This document shows positions 12,205-23,900 of a stretch of DNA of 64,000 bases, piece by piece; position 1 is the stretch's first letter; every line of letters starts with the position of its first letter. The DNA is from Macrostomum lignano (Eukaryota), in contig NIVC01000462.1 of the NCBI GenBank assembly GCA_002269645.1, forward strand, positions 339,516 through 403,515, written 5' to 3'. The translations under genes and the position numbers were made by a program. A model generated the notes under the pieces. That model searched no databases. It saw nothing but the letters and a program-made list of their open reading frames with translations, and was not told the origin of the DNA.

Positions 12205-14562
12205 CCCTCTGGAATTTTTTTCTTGGCAAAATATTGCCTTTGGAGATTTTAAATGATGTGTTTCATGAAAAAAATTGTCATTTCATTTTTCTTTGTTTTA
12301 AAACTATTGGTGATTCAGTGGCGATTTGGTGACAAGTAATTGCCAGAAAATAATTGCTAGCGAATACCAATCAAATTGCTAGTCATTTTTTATAAGAAAA
12401 TATTTTTTTTCCATATTAAATGATTAAAAATGAAATTACAATTGAGAAAACAGACTAAAACAATGAAAAAATGCTTGTTAGTAGCATTTAGATTTAGTCG
12501 CAAATGAGTGGCAAAAATTCACTACCTACCTGTATCATTTTTTAAATTTTATTAAAATGTAAAATCTATATGTACATAATATTGCTATGCAGTTTAAAAA
12601 AACATGAGTAAAACTTTTTTGCAATTAACAGCAAGGGCTTAAAAATATTCCTTTATGTGCACTTTGTTATAGTTGCAAAAAATAAAAATGGCTGACTTTA
12701 CATTACCTCACACTGGCTCATAGCAAGCCACTACAAATGCGGGCTCTCTATACATAGTTGGAGCATCTAAAGGGGCTAAATTTAGTCATTCTCAATATAC
12801 CCACTTTTCTTTGCTGGAGTTGATTGGCATACTTCTGAAAATGGGGCTTTTAATTTGTGCTACACCACTAAAGAGATTTTGCTGTCTCTTTTGATCAATG
12901 TGGATGGGCCTGCCACTTTTCTCTGGCTCAAGTTTTGGTCTATGGCCTATTCTTGTGCTTGTCAATTGTAAGGGACCTTACCCCTTAGGATTTTTCTTAT
13001 ACATAGGAGTTGGAAACCAGATCTTAAAAAACTGACGTCACCTGTATTGGATATGATTTTGGACCTTCAAAGAAGAGTTCTTCATTCTGCAGAACTGCAG
13101 GTTTCATTTAGACAAAACTGTTTTTTGTGATGCTTCTGCTCAGGCCTTTTTACAGTGCATCAAATCTTATATTGGTTACTATGGATGTGGCTATTGCAAG
13201 CAGAAAGGTGAATATATTCTAAACTGGATCTCCTTTGTTGGACCGCAGGGTGCAGACCATTGGTGGTTGAGTTTTCTAACTGTTTGCCTTCAATATTTTT
13301 CAGAAAATTGTGCTCATTTTCTGAAATGCAAAACTTTAAGGCTCTTGAATTTTGCACCTTGCTTTTGTGTGCTGGGCCTTGGATTTTTAATTGCGTCCTT
13401 CCCAATAAATATTTTATCCATTTTTGCACTTTCATTTTGCAATTTATTGTATGTGCTCTAAGAATCTGTTGATGCATTGTGAAGCTGCTAAAGCATGTCA
13501 GAATTTTTTTGCATGACATTCCTTTGCTCTATGGTATACATACAGTTTCTTATAATGTTCACTGTCTTTTGCATTTGTCAGAGTATGTTAAACAGCTTGG
13601 GTGCTTGGATATGTTTTCATTGTTTCTATTTGAGAATTTTCTAGGGGTTCTTCAAAGACAAATAGCTGGCAGGCATCATGCGTTTAAGCGAGCAATAAAC
13701 TAGTTGCAAAATAAGTGAAGTACTTTAAGTAGCAACTTCACTGCATCAAATGTTACTATTTCCTGCCAGTCACCCAACAACTATATTTTATTGACTAATG
13801 GCTTTGTTGTTAAAGTGATTCACTACAACAATAGCATTGTTAAAGGGCATGTTCTTTCTTTCACTTGAAATCTGTATACTCTTCCATTTGAGTTGAAATC
13901 CCTAGCAATAGGATTTTACCAGATGTTGAAAACCATTGTTTCTAGAAGGCCACTACAGCCTTGCATATGCATTCCTTGAAAAGGAGAATATCTTGGCATT
14001 CCTGTTATTAGCAACTAGCCAATTGCTTAATTTTATATGGCGTGTATTAACCTTATTATAATCCTTTGTAAAAAAATTTTTATGCTAAAAAATTGTATAC
14101 TAGCTAATTATAAAAATTACAAGAAGTTGCTATATCTAGTTTTGAGTATCTTATCTAATCATATTTGCTTTTCATATCTGATAAATCGAAAACTATAGAT
14201 TTGTCATGCAAAATAAGTTTTAAATGGATGGTTAATGTTGCTAGCAATAAATGATATGTTTTGCAAGATTTTTTGGCTTATACTTTGTATTTGTAAGTTT
14301 TGCATTATCGGGGATTTATAAAATGAAATATGCCTTTAAGTGATCATAATAGGATGCTTTATAGCTTTAAGACCTGTAACATGGTTTTTTTAATCTGCAT
14401 TAATTATAAAATAGTAAAATTCATTTCAAGACATATAGCAAAATGTGGCAAATGGCTGGCAAAATTCTACTTGTGGCATGTTGCTGGCAAATCACTGGCA
14501 AAAAATGCGATCAAAAGTTGCTGGCAATTTACTGGCGCACTAGTGACATTTTTTCCAGAGGG
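12205..14562 (+). mobile_element. Degenerate EnSpm/CACTA (CMC)-like DNA transposon with transposase remnant (about 12890-14010)
   Basis: Frameshifted motifs in the correct order: INVDG/LPLFSGSSFGLWPIL, CDASAQAFLQCIKSYIGYYGCGYCKQKG, LPSIFFRK...FKALEFCTLLLCAGP, YNVHCLLHL...FLFENFLG, NNYILLTNG, LYTLPF. 10-bp TIR CCCTCTGGAA (12205) / TTCCAGAGGG (14553-14562). Subterminal TTGCCAG/CTGGCAA repeats. No clean TSD. Confidence 0.85.
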
Positions 14563-14996
14563 TAAAGATATAGTGTAATTTGTAAGATGGTAAGCTAAAT
14601 TGGATTATAGTCATTTTAATGATACATGATATTTCAGTAATAATTGTTTTAGTGATAAGCAAAAGTCATTTTGATGACAAGAAAAATACCCTTGGCCTTT
14701 GATAATAGGCATTTTATTTTTAAACAGTAAATTACTTTGCAAATCTTAAGGGATACTATTAAAATGACTATACCCATAAAATATTTAATTTTTTATAAAA
14801 AAATAGTGTTTCTATAACAAAAGCTACTTGTTAACAAAACAAATATTTGTCATCAAAATGTCTGTTACCAAAATGACTTGTCCGGGAAATGATTAGTACC
14901 CAGCTAAATTTTATTTTTGTCAAAGTAAACTTAAACTTTTATTAAAAATAGGCCTAGTACTTTGAATAAAAATAATATGCAACTTAGGCCTATAGG

Positions 14997-17009
14997 TAGG
15001 GACTCCAGTGAGATTTTGAAACTTTAAAATTTATATATTTTCAGACATGTATCTGATAGAGGACAATAACAGCATCACAAAATGGCTTCACTTATTAAAT
15101 TTGGTTGAGTAATAAAAAAGTTATAGCATTTTTTGTGCCCAAAAAATTACGTTTTTTAGATAGGAAAAATACATTATAGATTGTTGCCATTAGATGTACG
15201 AAAACAAAATTTTTCACTTTTTGTTGTCATATCTTTTTTGCTATTCAACATACAATATTGAGTCTGGTATCATTTTAAAGACCAAGCAGTTCTACATAAG
15301 ATTAACAAATTGTTTTTATTCTTTCTAATGTATCTTTCTTGGGGTTTGCATTTGAATTTTTAAAAAGTGAAAAATGCACATCAAAAATAGAGCAAAATTA
15401 AAATTTCAAATGACTATTATTTAAAAGTTAATTGCTTTTTCTGAAATCTTTTTTATTTGTTTACTCCACAACATATAAAAGTATATATTTTTATACCATT
15501 TTTTCCTATATATTGACAAAGGTTAAAAAATTCACCAATTTTGTGACTTTTTTGCTACTGGAACTTGATAGCATATCTTAAAATTGCACATTTTTCAACT
15601 TTGAATGGTTATATTTTTTAGACTAATGAATTATATATATAAAGTTTGATTTGTTTTTTAATGAAAAACATATGAAAATGTTTTTTTTGTGTACTTTGGT
15701 TTATTTAAAAGCTCTTGTTCTTTTTTTTCCAATATTATTGCTTGTTGAGTAGCTGCAACTGAAGACTGAAGTTAGCATATTTTTAATGCTTATTGTCTTT
15801 ACACACATAATGTATATTGTCTGCTTTGCTTTTTAACTGTAAAACATATAGGTAAATAATTGTTGATACTATTGTCTTGTATATTTTTTGATTGAGCCTA
15901 TCATTATTGTAAAATTGTATATTGTGAATAAAGTTACCAATGAACATTTCTGTAAGTAAACAAGTGTAAAGAAGTATTTAAAAATATATTGTACTTAAAA
16001 TTGTATATTGTGAAGTTGCTTATTAAACTTACAAATGGAATAAACACAATTTCTTATGAAATTCAGTTCATTTTTATGGGAGTTTGAATTGCAGACCAAG
16101 GTTACGTGCATTCAAGGGGTCATTTATTGGGATTGCAATTGCTATAGCTCAATAAGCTAAAGCATACATTTATTTGTATTATTTTGCCTTCAAAACTAAT
16201 TTGCAATGGTAAAACGTCTTCTTTTTGGTTAAGAAAAGCCATAATAAGCCACTTTTTATATAAGTAGTATGTAAGTAGTATCGCTACTAAAAAGCAAACA
16301 TTGCTGCTGCTCCTCGGCGGATGTATGTGGAAAGATATAAAAGTGCTGTGAAGAATTCCTATAAGTTCCTCTATTAAATGCAGTAGAAGAATAGTCTTCG
16401 GAAATTACTGCTAGAAAAAAATTTAAATTTTCTGTTTTATCCGTCTATTTTACACTGAAGAGATAGGCAAAAAACAGGCTTCAATAACTTTTTGGCGGAT
16501 GTAGATAGACATGTGCGGTTTTTTTTTAATGTAATCATATTACGGAGTAGCATTCATTTCCGGGTTTTACTAAGCTTCGGAAATACGGGTACGATTTTTA
16601 TTCAACTTTAATTTTTTTATACTGTCTAAATAGAGAGAAAAGAAAAAAAATTTCTTCTCAAAATGTCAAAAAATGTTTGTAAATATAGTTGTTTGTATCA
16701 ATAAATAGTTATATTTTGTTAAAATAATTGCTTTCCAACAAAAAAACGAACTTTCGAAAGTCACTTTTTTTGGCAACAAAACGAGTGTATTAAAAAAAAG
16801 ACGAAGTTCAGTGGGACATTACTCGGCATACAATGTATATATTTTTTGTTTCTTTATCTCATTAAAAAGAATAGAAACTCTTCTTTAACATGTATATTTT
16901 GTTTTTACTATAAACATTTTCTATGCATGGCAATTTCATTTTTAAAAAACATTATTTTACGATTTTTCGTGTAATTATCAGCTTTACGGTAACCTCACTG
17001 GAGTCCCTA
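14997..17009. mobile_element. Non-autonomous hAT-like DNA transposon, 2013 bp
   Basis: Perfect 16-bp TIRs TAGGGACTCCAGTGAG / CTCACTGGAGTCCCTA. Direct repeat CTATAGG immediately flanks both ends (14990-14996 and 17010-17016). AT-rich non-coding interior. Confidence 0.8.
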
Positions 17010-17398
17010 CTATAGGAGTAAAAAAATAGCAAAAATTTTGAAAAAAATTAAATAGTTCAAAATTCAAAAACAATAAAACTCTTTTGTTTTTAGAAGAATA
17101 AAAAGTAGACATAAGGGATAAGACTTGTTTATAATTATAAAAGTAAATTCATTTTTGACATTTTCCTTTTTAATATTAGGCCCCCCTACATTGGTATAAA
17201 AAATTGGGAAATCCTATATAATTTCACCTACAACCAAGTACCTACACACTTAAATTTCAATGCCAACTAAATTCCAAGTTTAGATTCAAATGCACTCTTA
17301 TTCTTATTTGTGTTTTAATGTGTCAATGGCAGTGACACTAGCAGTAACTCCCACCAAGTCCCACCATTACACTTACAGGTATAATAAGAATGCATAAC

Positions 17399-17791
17399 AA
17401 AGGGCCTGTCAACTTAAGCTCATAAAGTGGAACCCAAGTTACCTATGTACACAAATGATATGTCTGCTCACAGTGACAGTGACACCAGGCACCAGGAAGG
17501 TGTCACTGCATTGGGCAACAAAAGTTACAAAAATTGGACCTGGGATAGAAGAGAACAAGTAAGGGGATAATAAGGGACTCAACGTTATGAGCTTAAGTTA
17601 ACATAATAGTCCCTAATTATCCTCTTGCTTTTTCTCTCCTATCCTACGTCCAATTTTTGGTAACTTTTGTTGCTAAATGCAGCTTCCTGGTGAGTGGTGG
17701 TGACTGGTGACACTGTGAGCAGAATGACGTATTATTTGTGTATATAGGTCATTCAGGGTTCACTTAATGAGCTAAAGTTGACAGGCCCTTT
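17399..17791. mobile_element. Foldback/MITE element with imperfect inverted arms of about 180 bp
   Basis: AAAGGGCCTGTCAACTT...GGGACT pairs along its whole length with AGTCCC...AAGTTGACAGGCCCTTT, around a spacer of about 30 nt. GGGCC termini resemble PIF/Harbinger, but no matched TSD. Confidence 0.8.
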
Positions 17792-18230
17792 AAAAAAGTT
17801 ATATATTCATTGAAAGGATACTACGATAGCGCGTTGCGCCAGATAGAGAAATATTTCACAAAACTCACAATTAAGCTGTAGTGTAGTTGACTTGTATTTA
17901 TCCCCATTTCCTGGAATTCTCAGTTCGAAAGCAACCTTTTTTAAACCGAAAAAACCACAGACAAGTATAAAGTCCAAACAAGGAAAATAGTCTGATTATT
18001 AAATATTAAATCAGTGCTTGTCTGGGCTTTTCTTTATAAGCAACTTTCACACTTTTGTTTAAACTTTAATAAAAAGTATTCGCAAAAAGTTTCTCAAATC
18101 GTGACAAATCCGACAGTTATGAGTGTTGAATGATTAGATCTATTGGTCTACATGTGAGTTATTGGTAAGCTATAACATCGACATTTTACCCGCTTTTCGG
18201 TGTTCATTTGCATTTTAGAAACATTCCTTG

Positions 18231-18419
18231 CAGTGGCGCAACCACTGCAGGGTGCGGGCCTGCGGGGGCGGTCGCCCCCCCTTAGGCGGAGACCCCAAAA
18301 AAATCAAAGGGGGGACCAAGCGAATTTTCGCCAAAAACAGAGCCACCCCTCCGCCCCCCTCCCGGGACTTTACCCTCCAGAATCCGCCCCCCCTCAAAAA
18401 ATTTCTGGTTGCGCTACTG
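18231..18419. mobile_element. hAT-type MITE, 189 bp
   Basis: TIR CAGTGGCGCAACCA / TGGTTGCGCTACTG; 8-bp TSD ATTCCTTG / ATTCATTG (7/8 match); GC-rich island in AT-rich DNA. Confidence 0.85.
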
Positions 18420-19963
18420 ATTCATTGGGCTACACATTATTTGTACTCGAAAAATATAATTCCGGCCGCGTGCCCCGTTACTCTTGGTAGTTTTTATTCC
18501 GCTTCCGAATCTGATACTCGATGCATAACTGTGGTCATTTTATGTTGCCCAAAAGAAAGTTTCGTGTAATTTAATTGTTGTTTTTTAGTATTTTCTCGTT
18601 TCGTGCTTGAATTTCAAAAAACAAAAGTCAAATAAATTTAACAGCATGCTAGTGCAAGCTAAAAAGTTCTTTTACAAGCACTTGAGTTTTTTTTTAGGAT
18701 GGATATATTTCTACTCGGGACGTGTCTTCATTCCAGGAGTTACGAGTTATAAAGCTACGAAAGTTCGCGTAAAAAAATTAACGATGGATTTTATTCTTTT
18801 TCACTTTTGAAGATCGTAGCTAGCTAGATCCTATACCCTAGTTTTACTACTAACCTTGCTACAAGTAGTGCATACACGGCATGTTAGTTAAGCAAAATAT
18901 TTTTGTAGGCACGTTAGCACACACAACAATTAAACATTTATCGGCTTATCGCTCTTAATTTTCGGTGTATACAGCTTTCAATGTAATTTTATGCTTTATA
19001 TATGGTAAAAATATATAGCAAACAATATTGATAAATACAAAAATACGCTCGTATATTCAATATATGCCCTATTTGCACGTAAATGTACGTGACGCAATCC
19101 GAAAACATTTCTCTGTAAATCTCCTTTTAATCACTGTTTCGAATTATTGAATCAGCTCTCGGCTCAGCTCATACCGTCAATTCGCGGCTAAAAGCAAAGC
19201 AAACTCATTGCCTTGCTGATGTGCATGAACTGCAGAACTGCATGACCTTTTACTACTTTTAAGCTAGCTCGCGAAACCTCAAGCTAGCAGCAGCAGCAGG
19301 AAATCGGGCAGACACGCGATTTTGCTTGACTAAATGTGACTCAAATGGCGCAGACACCTTTTGATGCCGCTCATGCCTCACACTTACAACTATACATAGG
19401 TATTCTCATCTGATAGATTTGCTACATTTCTAGATCCTATTGCTGAAGTTAGTAAATATTAGTCTCAAATCGAGGGCCAGGTGCTTAAAGCTTTCTTGTG
19501 GAGCACTTATTCGCGCTGCGAGTCTTGTCACTTTTTATCGATTAAGAGTCCAAAAAGTAAGCATTCATCTGGGAACATTGTATTTACATGCCAAAGAAAT
19601 AGTGCTGTATAGGCTTCGCATGCTATCCAAGCAACATGGATCGAGTTTGTGTGCAGTGAGTGTATTGTGCGTTCTTCGTTATCGTTACTGACGCCGCCGC
19701 TGTGTGTGTTCAGTCTAATTTCGTCCTTAAACTATCGCTCATTTATTATTTCTCCCTTCTTCTTGCGGCCGCGACCCTAAGTTAAACTGGCTTCTCGCTT
19801 TACACTTTGGAAATAGAGAGAGAGACAGAGAGCCTTATATGTGAGTGGGCGCGCTGCCCTGTGTAAGAAACAGGCGGCGCGGCTTTACTATATGGAGTGG
19901 GGGGGGGCAGCCAGCCACAGCCCGCAGTGAGTGGGTAAAGGCAAGGAAGGCCAGCGGCGGCGG

Positions 19964-19990
19964 TGGCGGCGGCGGCGGCTAAGATCAAAG
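19964..19990. promoter_or_regulatory. Candidate Wnt-response element: Helper site plus TCF/LEF site upstream of Axin
   Basis: TGGCGGC (reverse complement of GCCGCCA) at 19964-19970, within a GGC run, lies next to AGATCAAAG at 19982-19990. Confidence 0.5.
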
Positions 19991-20208
19991 AGCTTTTGCT
20001 TCACCCCTCCCAGCACGCAACCTCAACTCCAGAAAAGGCCCGGCCGTGCCGGGGGGGTGACTTGTGATCTTGGATTGGGACCGCCCCCTGCGCCAGCCAC
20101 AAGCAACTCGCTGTGTCAGAATTATTCTCTTTCAAGCCTGCCTGCCCCCCGTTCAAACCGGGGTTTATAACTCGCTAAAGTGAATACTTATTACACATCT
20201 CGGCCTAG

Positions 20209-20523
20209 CCAATGGGACTGGCCAATCCAGCCAATCGGTGATGAGCCACCCCTCTACCCCTCCCAAACATGGGGGACAAGCGCACACTCACGTCAAAACC
20301 CACCACCCCATTTCCCTCCAGGCGCACGCAATACTCGGGCACATTTGCACGCAAAGCGGAGGGTGGTGGGGAGAGAGAGTGGGGAATGGTGGCCGCCCAA
20401 GGGGGTTGGCCCGACCTTAAAGAGCTAAAAAGACGTATATATAAATTTTTTAACTTCGCGTCGCTACCACAACGATACGAACCGCAAATCAGAGTTGCTA
20501 TAGGCCTGCAATTTTTATAAAAG
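20209..20523 (+). promoter_or_regulatory. Probable Axin core promoter: three CCAAT boxes and a TATA box
   Basis: CCAAT at 20209, 20222 and 20231; TATAAAAG at 20516-20523; about 400 bp upstream of the ATG|GTAAG first exon. Confidence 0.5.
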
Positions 20524-20926
20524 CAGACTATTTCTGCGACTTTTTTCTGTTTCTCCAAATATATTTGCCTTTTTGTTTCACCACTTTCAACGCTCCAAAA
20601 CCAAACCGATTCGAGCGCGACTTTCTGTTTTTTTGCCGGCAAGTGGTGCGCTTCCGTTTTGTTTGGAGAATGGTCCTATTATTGTAGGAGAAGAAAACTC
20701 GCCAGCAATTAATTGTAAAGCAATTCTTCTCTTCGACCGTACGCAGTTCGATAAAAAAATTCTGACACTAATTTCGGCATTGACTGCTTAGTGCAGTCCT
20801 GTCTCCAGACTCCTGTCCTGAGTCCACACCAGAGATACCGTTGTTGCTTGAATCCCAGAGGATCAGACTTTCAAACCATTTCTAGATTGGCGTCTGCATC
20901 TGCATTTACTTGAATTCGAGTAGAAA

Positions 20927-23900
20927 ATGGTAAGTTTGTACTTTTATTTATTTTTAGTTTATAAATAGTTGACAGCACAGTCTTCAATTCATCTTTATTA
21001 ATTTACGATACACAACATTATTCTAACTGGACTCATTTTATTGGCTAATCAGTAATCGCATTGGTTGACCCTTGACAGTTAGTGAAGTAATAAATGATAT
21101 CGCTGGTAGGACTGAAGCTTTCATATTGTATGCAATGTACACTGATCCTTACTAAGGTAGCTCAGCCCAGATGTACATGCTTGGATGACCGTCTCACATC
21201 TGCATATCTCAAAGTTGAGTTAGGCTGCAGCCCATAAACTTCAAAGCTCTTACAATGCACGAGTTTGACCCCTGAGCCGAGGCACACAATTCAGCGCCTT
21301 CATTCTCTCTAGGCCTAATAATATGGATATGGACTTGTCATTAATCCCTTAGTCAGTGGGTGGGAAAATTATTAAGAAGCGGCTCTTCTTGTGCCCTGTC
21401 CGACCCTCTCAGGCCTCCTGTGTATGCCATTACTACTACAAATCTACAATACTAGCTCTTATTATTCTTCTATATAGGCATATTGGTTGTGCAGGCAGCT
21501 GTGGGGTCTGTGAGCGCGCACGAATGCACAGCACTATAAGCCTGGCTTGATTGACAGCTGATAAGGAAACACTCTGTTTGAAGCGGGTTGGGGGAGAATA
21601 TAAAGGGCCGACAGAACAGAAGACTGGTCTGCCAGGTCTGGCTGTCCCACCTCCCCTTTTATCTGTTATCTTTTTTCAGAGGCTTAATAAGTGCCAGTTT
21701 GAGTGGTTTGATTGCTTTGATATAGTAGCATGTGCCTATAGTGCAAATTAAAGCTAAGCTTCAAGCTCTGTTCCTGGGATATTCAAATAGCTTTCTAAAC
21801 GTTCAGCTGTAGGCTATACATGCTGCATAGAAATTGTAGGGTAAGGTAAGCAATTCCCAATCCCAGGAGATGTTAGCGCGTGTATCTATCTGGTCTAGCC
21901 TACCTGTTAATGTACCAATACCAATCTAAGAAGCAATGGCGCCGCTTTCTCTGAATCTCGAATCCCTGCGAATTTCCCAAAAATAATAATAAATTGTCTA
22001 TAATAGTCTAGATTCCGGCCTCCATTTCTGCAGCACGAACAGGGAAGTTGCCCGCGATGTGCGCAATTGAAATTTTCGAAACTTCATTCAGCCGGTTGAA
22101 TTATAAAACTTCGTGCACCGAGCTTAGTAGTAGACAAAGACGTAGATTATAGGAGTTGAAGAGATGGCACTGGTTATAGATGCTGCCGCCTTGGCGCCCG
22201 TCTGACTGCCTGTCCGTGCGCCGGCTGCTTTTACTTCGCATTATTATTCAGCAGAATTGCGAAATAAAGTCTGTAATGAAAAGTCATTAAACGTGCTTCT
22301 AAATTCGAAGGCCTAAAAGTTTTTAAAAGCTGCATGCTGTAGGGGCAGCCACAAGCGTATAGTTGTGAAAACGTTACAGTTACCAGCGCCATTTAAAGCC
22401 TGCCGCTGGAAGTAAAAGTCGTAAAACCGAAACCAAATTGTCCCTTCTTTATAAATTGTCTTTAATAGTGTTTTGCACTGACACTAACCTGACCCGCGCC
22501 CAGTGGTTTAAGACTAAAATGGTTGGAGAGCTTTTCCCCTGTTTTATTGCCCCTCCCTCCAGCCAACCGAAATCGAAGCCAAAGCCATTCCACTCGGTGT
22601 TAAAATATTATGCCTACCTACTGTACGCGTGCGATAAGCTTATAAAAGCGCTTAAAATTGTTGGTAAAGTTGAAATGTCTTCCTCACTGAGTTTTAGGAC
22701 CCAATCCGCCCGCTCACCCCCAACTCTCTCGCCAACCCACCCACTACAACTTTTGGCGCCCTGGCGAAAAGCTGTTAGACGAGCGAAGGGTCCAAGGCTG
22801 TTGTTAAAATCGTGTTGATGGCCCCCCGACCCTCCGACTTGTTTTAAAGCTTCTCTCGCGGCGCTGCTTGACAAACTTACGCAAGATTGCTTGTGCCAGC
22901 CTGATACTTAAACCCAACCAAAACAGTTCCCCTAGGCCGGGGGGGGGGGCGCAAAACAGGACAGCCACTTAATGACTTTATAGCCTCCTGCGCGCGCGAT
23001 GGCTTATAACAGCAGTCAGTAAACTTTTATACGACCCCACCCGGGTCTCGCTCAATTTTATGCCGGCTAAGTTGTCCAACCAAACTGAACCAACCCCCCT
23101 TCCTCCACTTTATTGTTATTGTTTTCGCTATTATTGCCTCCTACAGTACTATATCTACCTAACATTAGTCCAAGTCGCAGCGTTTAAAATTTTAAGTATT
23201 GGTTTTATTATTGAAAATTCTGCTGCTAATTTTGGCATGAATTTGGAAACTGCTGTTGTTAAGAAGAGAGATATTGTAAAACTTTATCTAAACTTGGCTG
23301 AAATTCTGGCGGGAAGTTGTCTGTCGAGTTTCGAATAACTAATTCTCTATGATCTTGAATGTTAATTTCTTTGATTTTCTGGCTAATTGTTTTTCCAGAA
23401 AGTGGACATAGCATAGCAAGCCCAGCAGGCTGCCTGGCCCTTATATACGGGCGAGCTGTTTGCGCATCCCGAATGGAATCAATAAAGGGGCCATAACAAT
23501 CCAATACAATAATGCCTAATGAAGCCCAAGCGAAGCGGCCTCAGTTATAAGAAAAACCTATAAAACTTATTGCTCCCCGCAGCACTCATCGTATTTTATG
23601 ACCGCATTATAGCCATATAAGCCAAATAATAGACATACTTGGAATTAAAAGGCCGTGCATGCATACGGAGAGGCAAGGGAAATCTCGCGTTATTATATTT
23701 TACAAGATTTATATAGTTTATTGCCCCCTTCGACCGATAACTTTTTTTCCTTTCTCTCTCTCTCTCGGTGCGCATGCCGCAGCAGCATTGGTCAAATCTC
23801 TCACAGGAACCCCCGTTTTCTACCCGTCTCTAATTCTTTTTACTCTAATTTATATATCCGTCTCATTCGCTTAGTTAGCCGCCATATTATCAGGGCAGAA

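Noticed and set aside
14610-14900. GTCATTTTGATGACAA / TTGTCATCAAAATG inverted motifs (MULE-like MITE)
   Set aside because: Probably a TE relic, but termini and TSD could not be defined.
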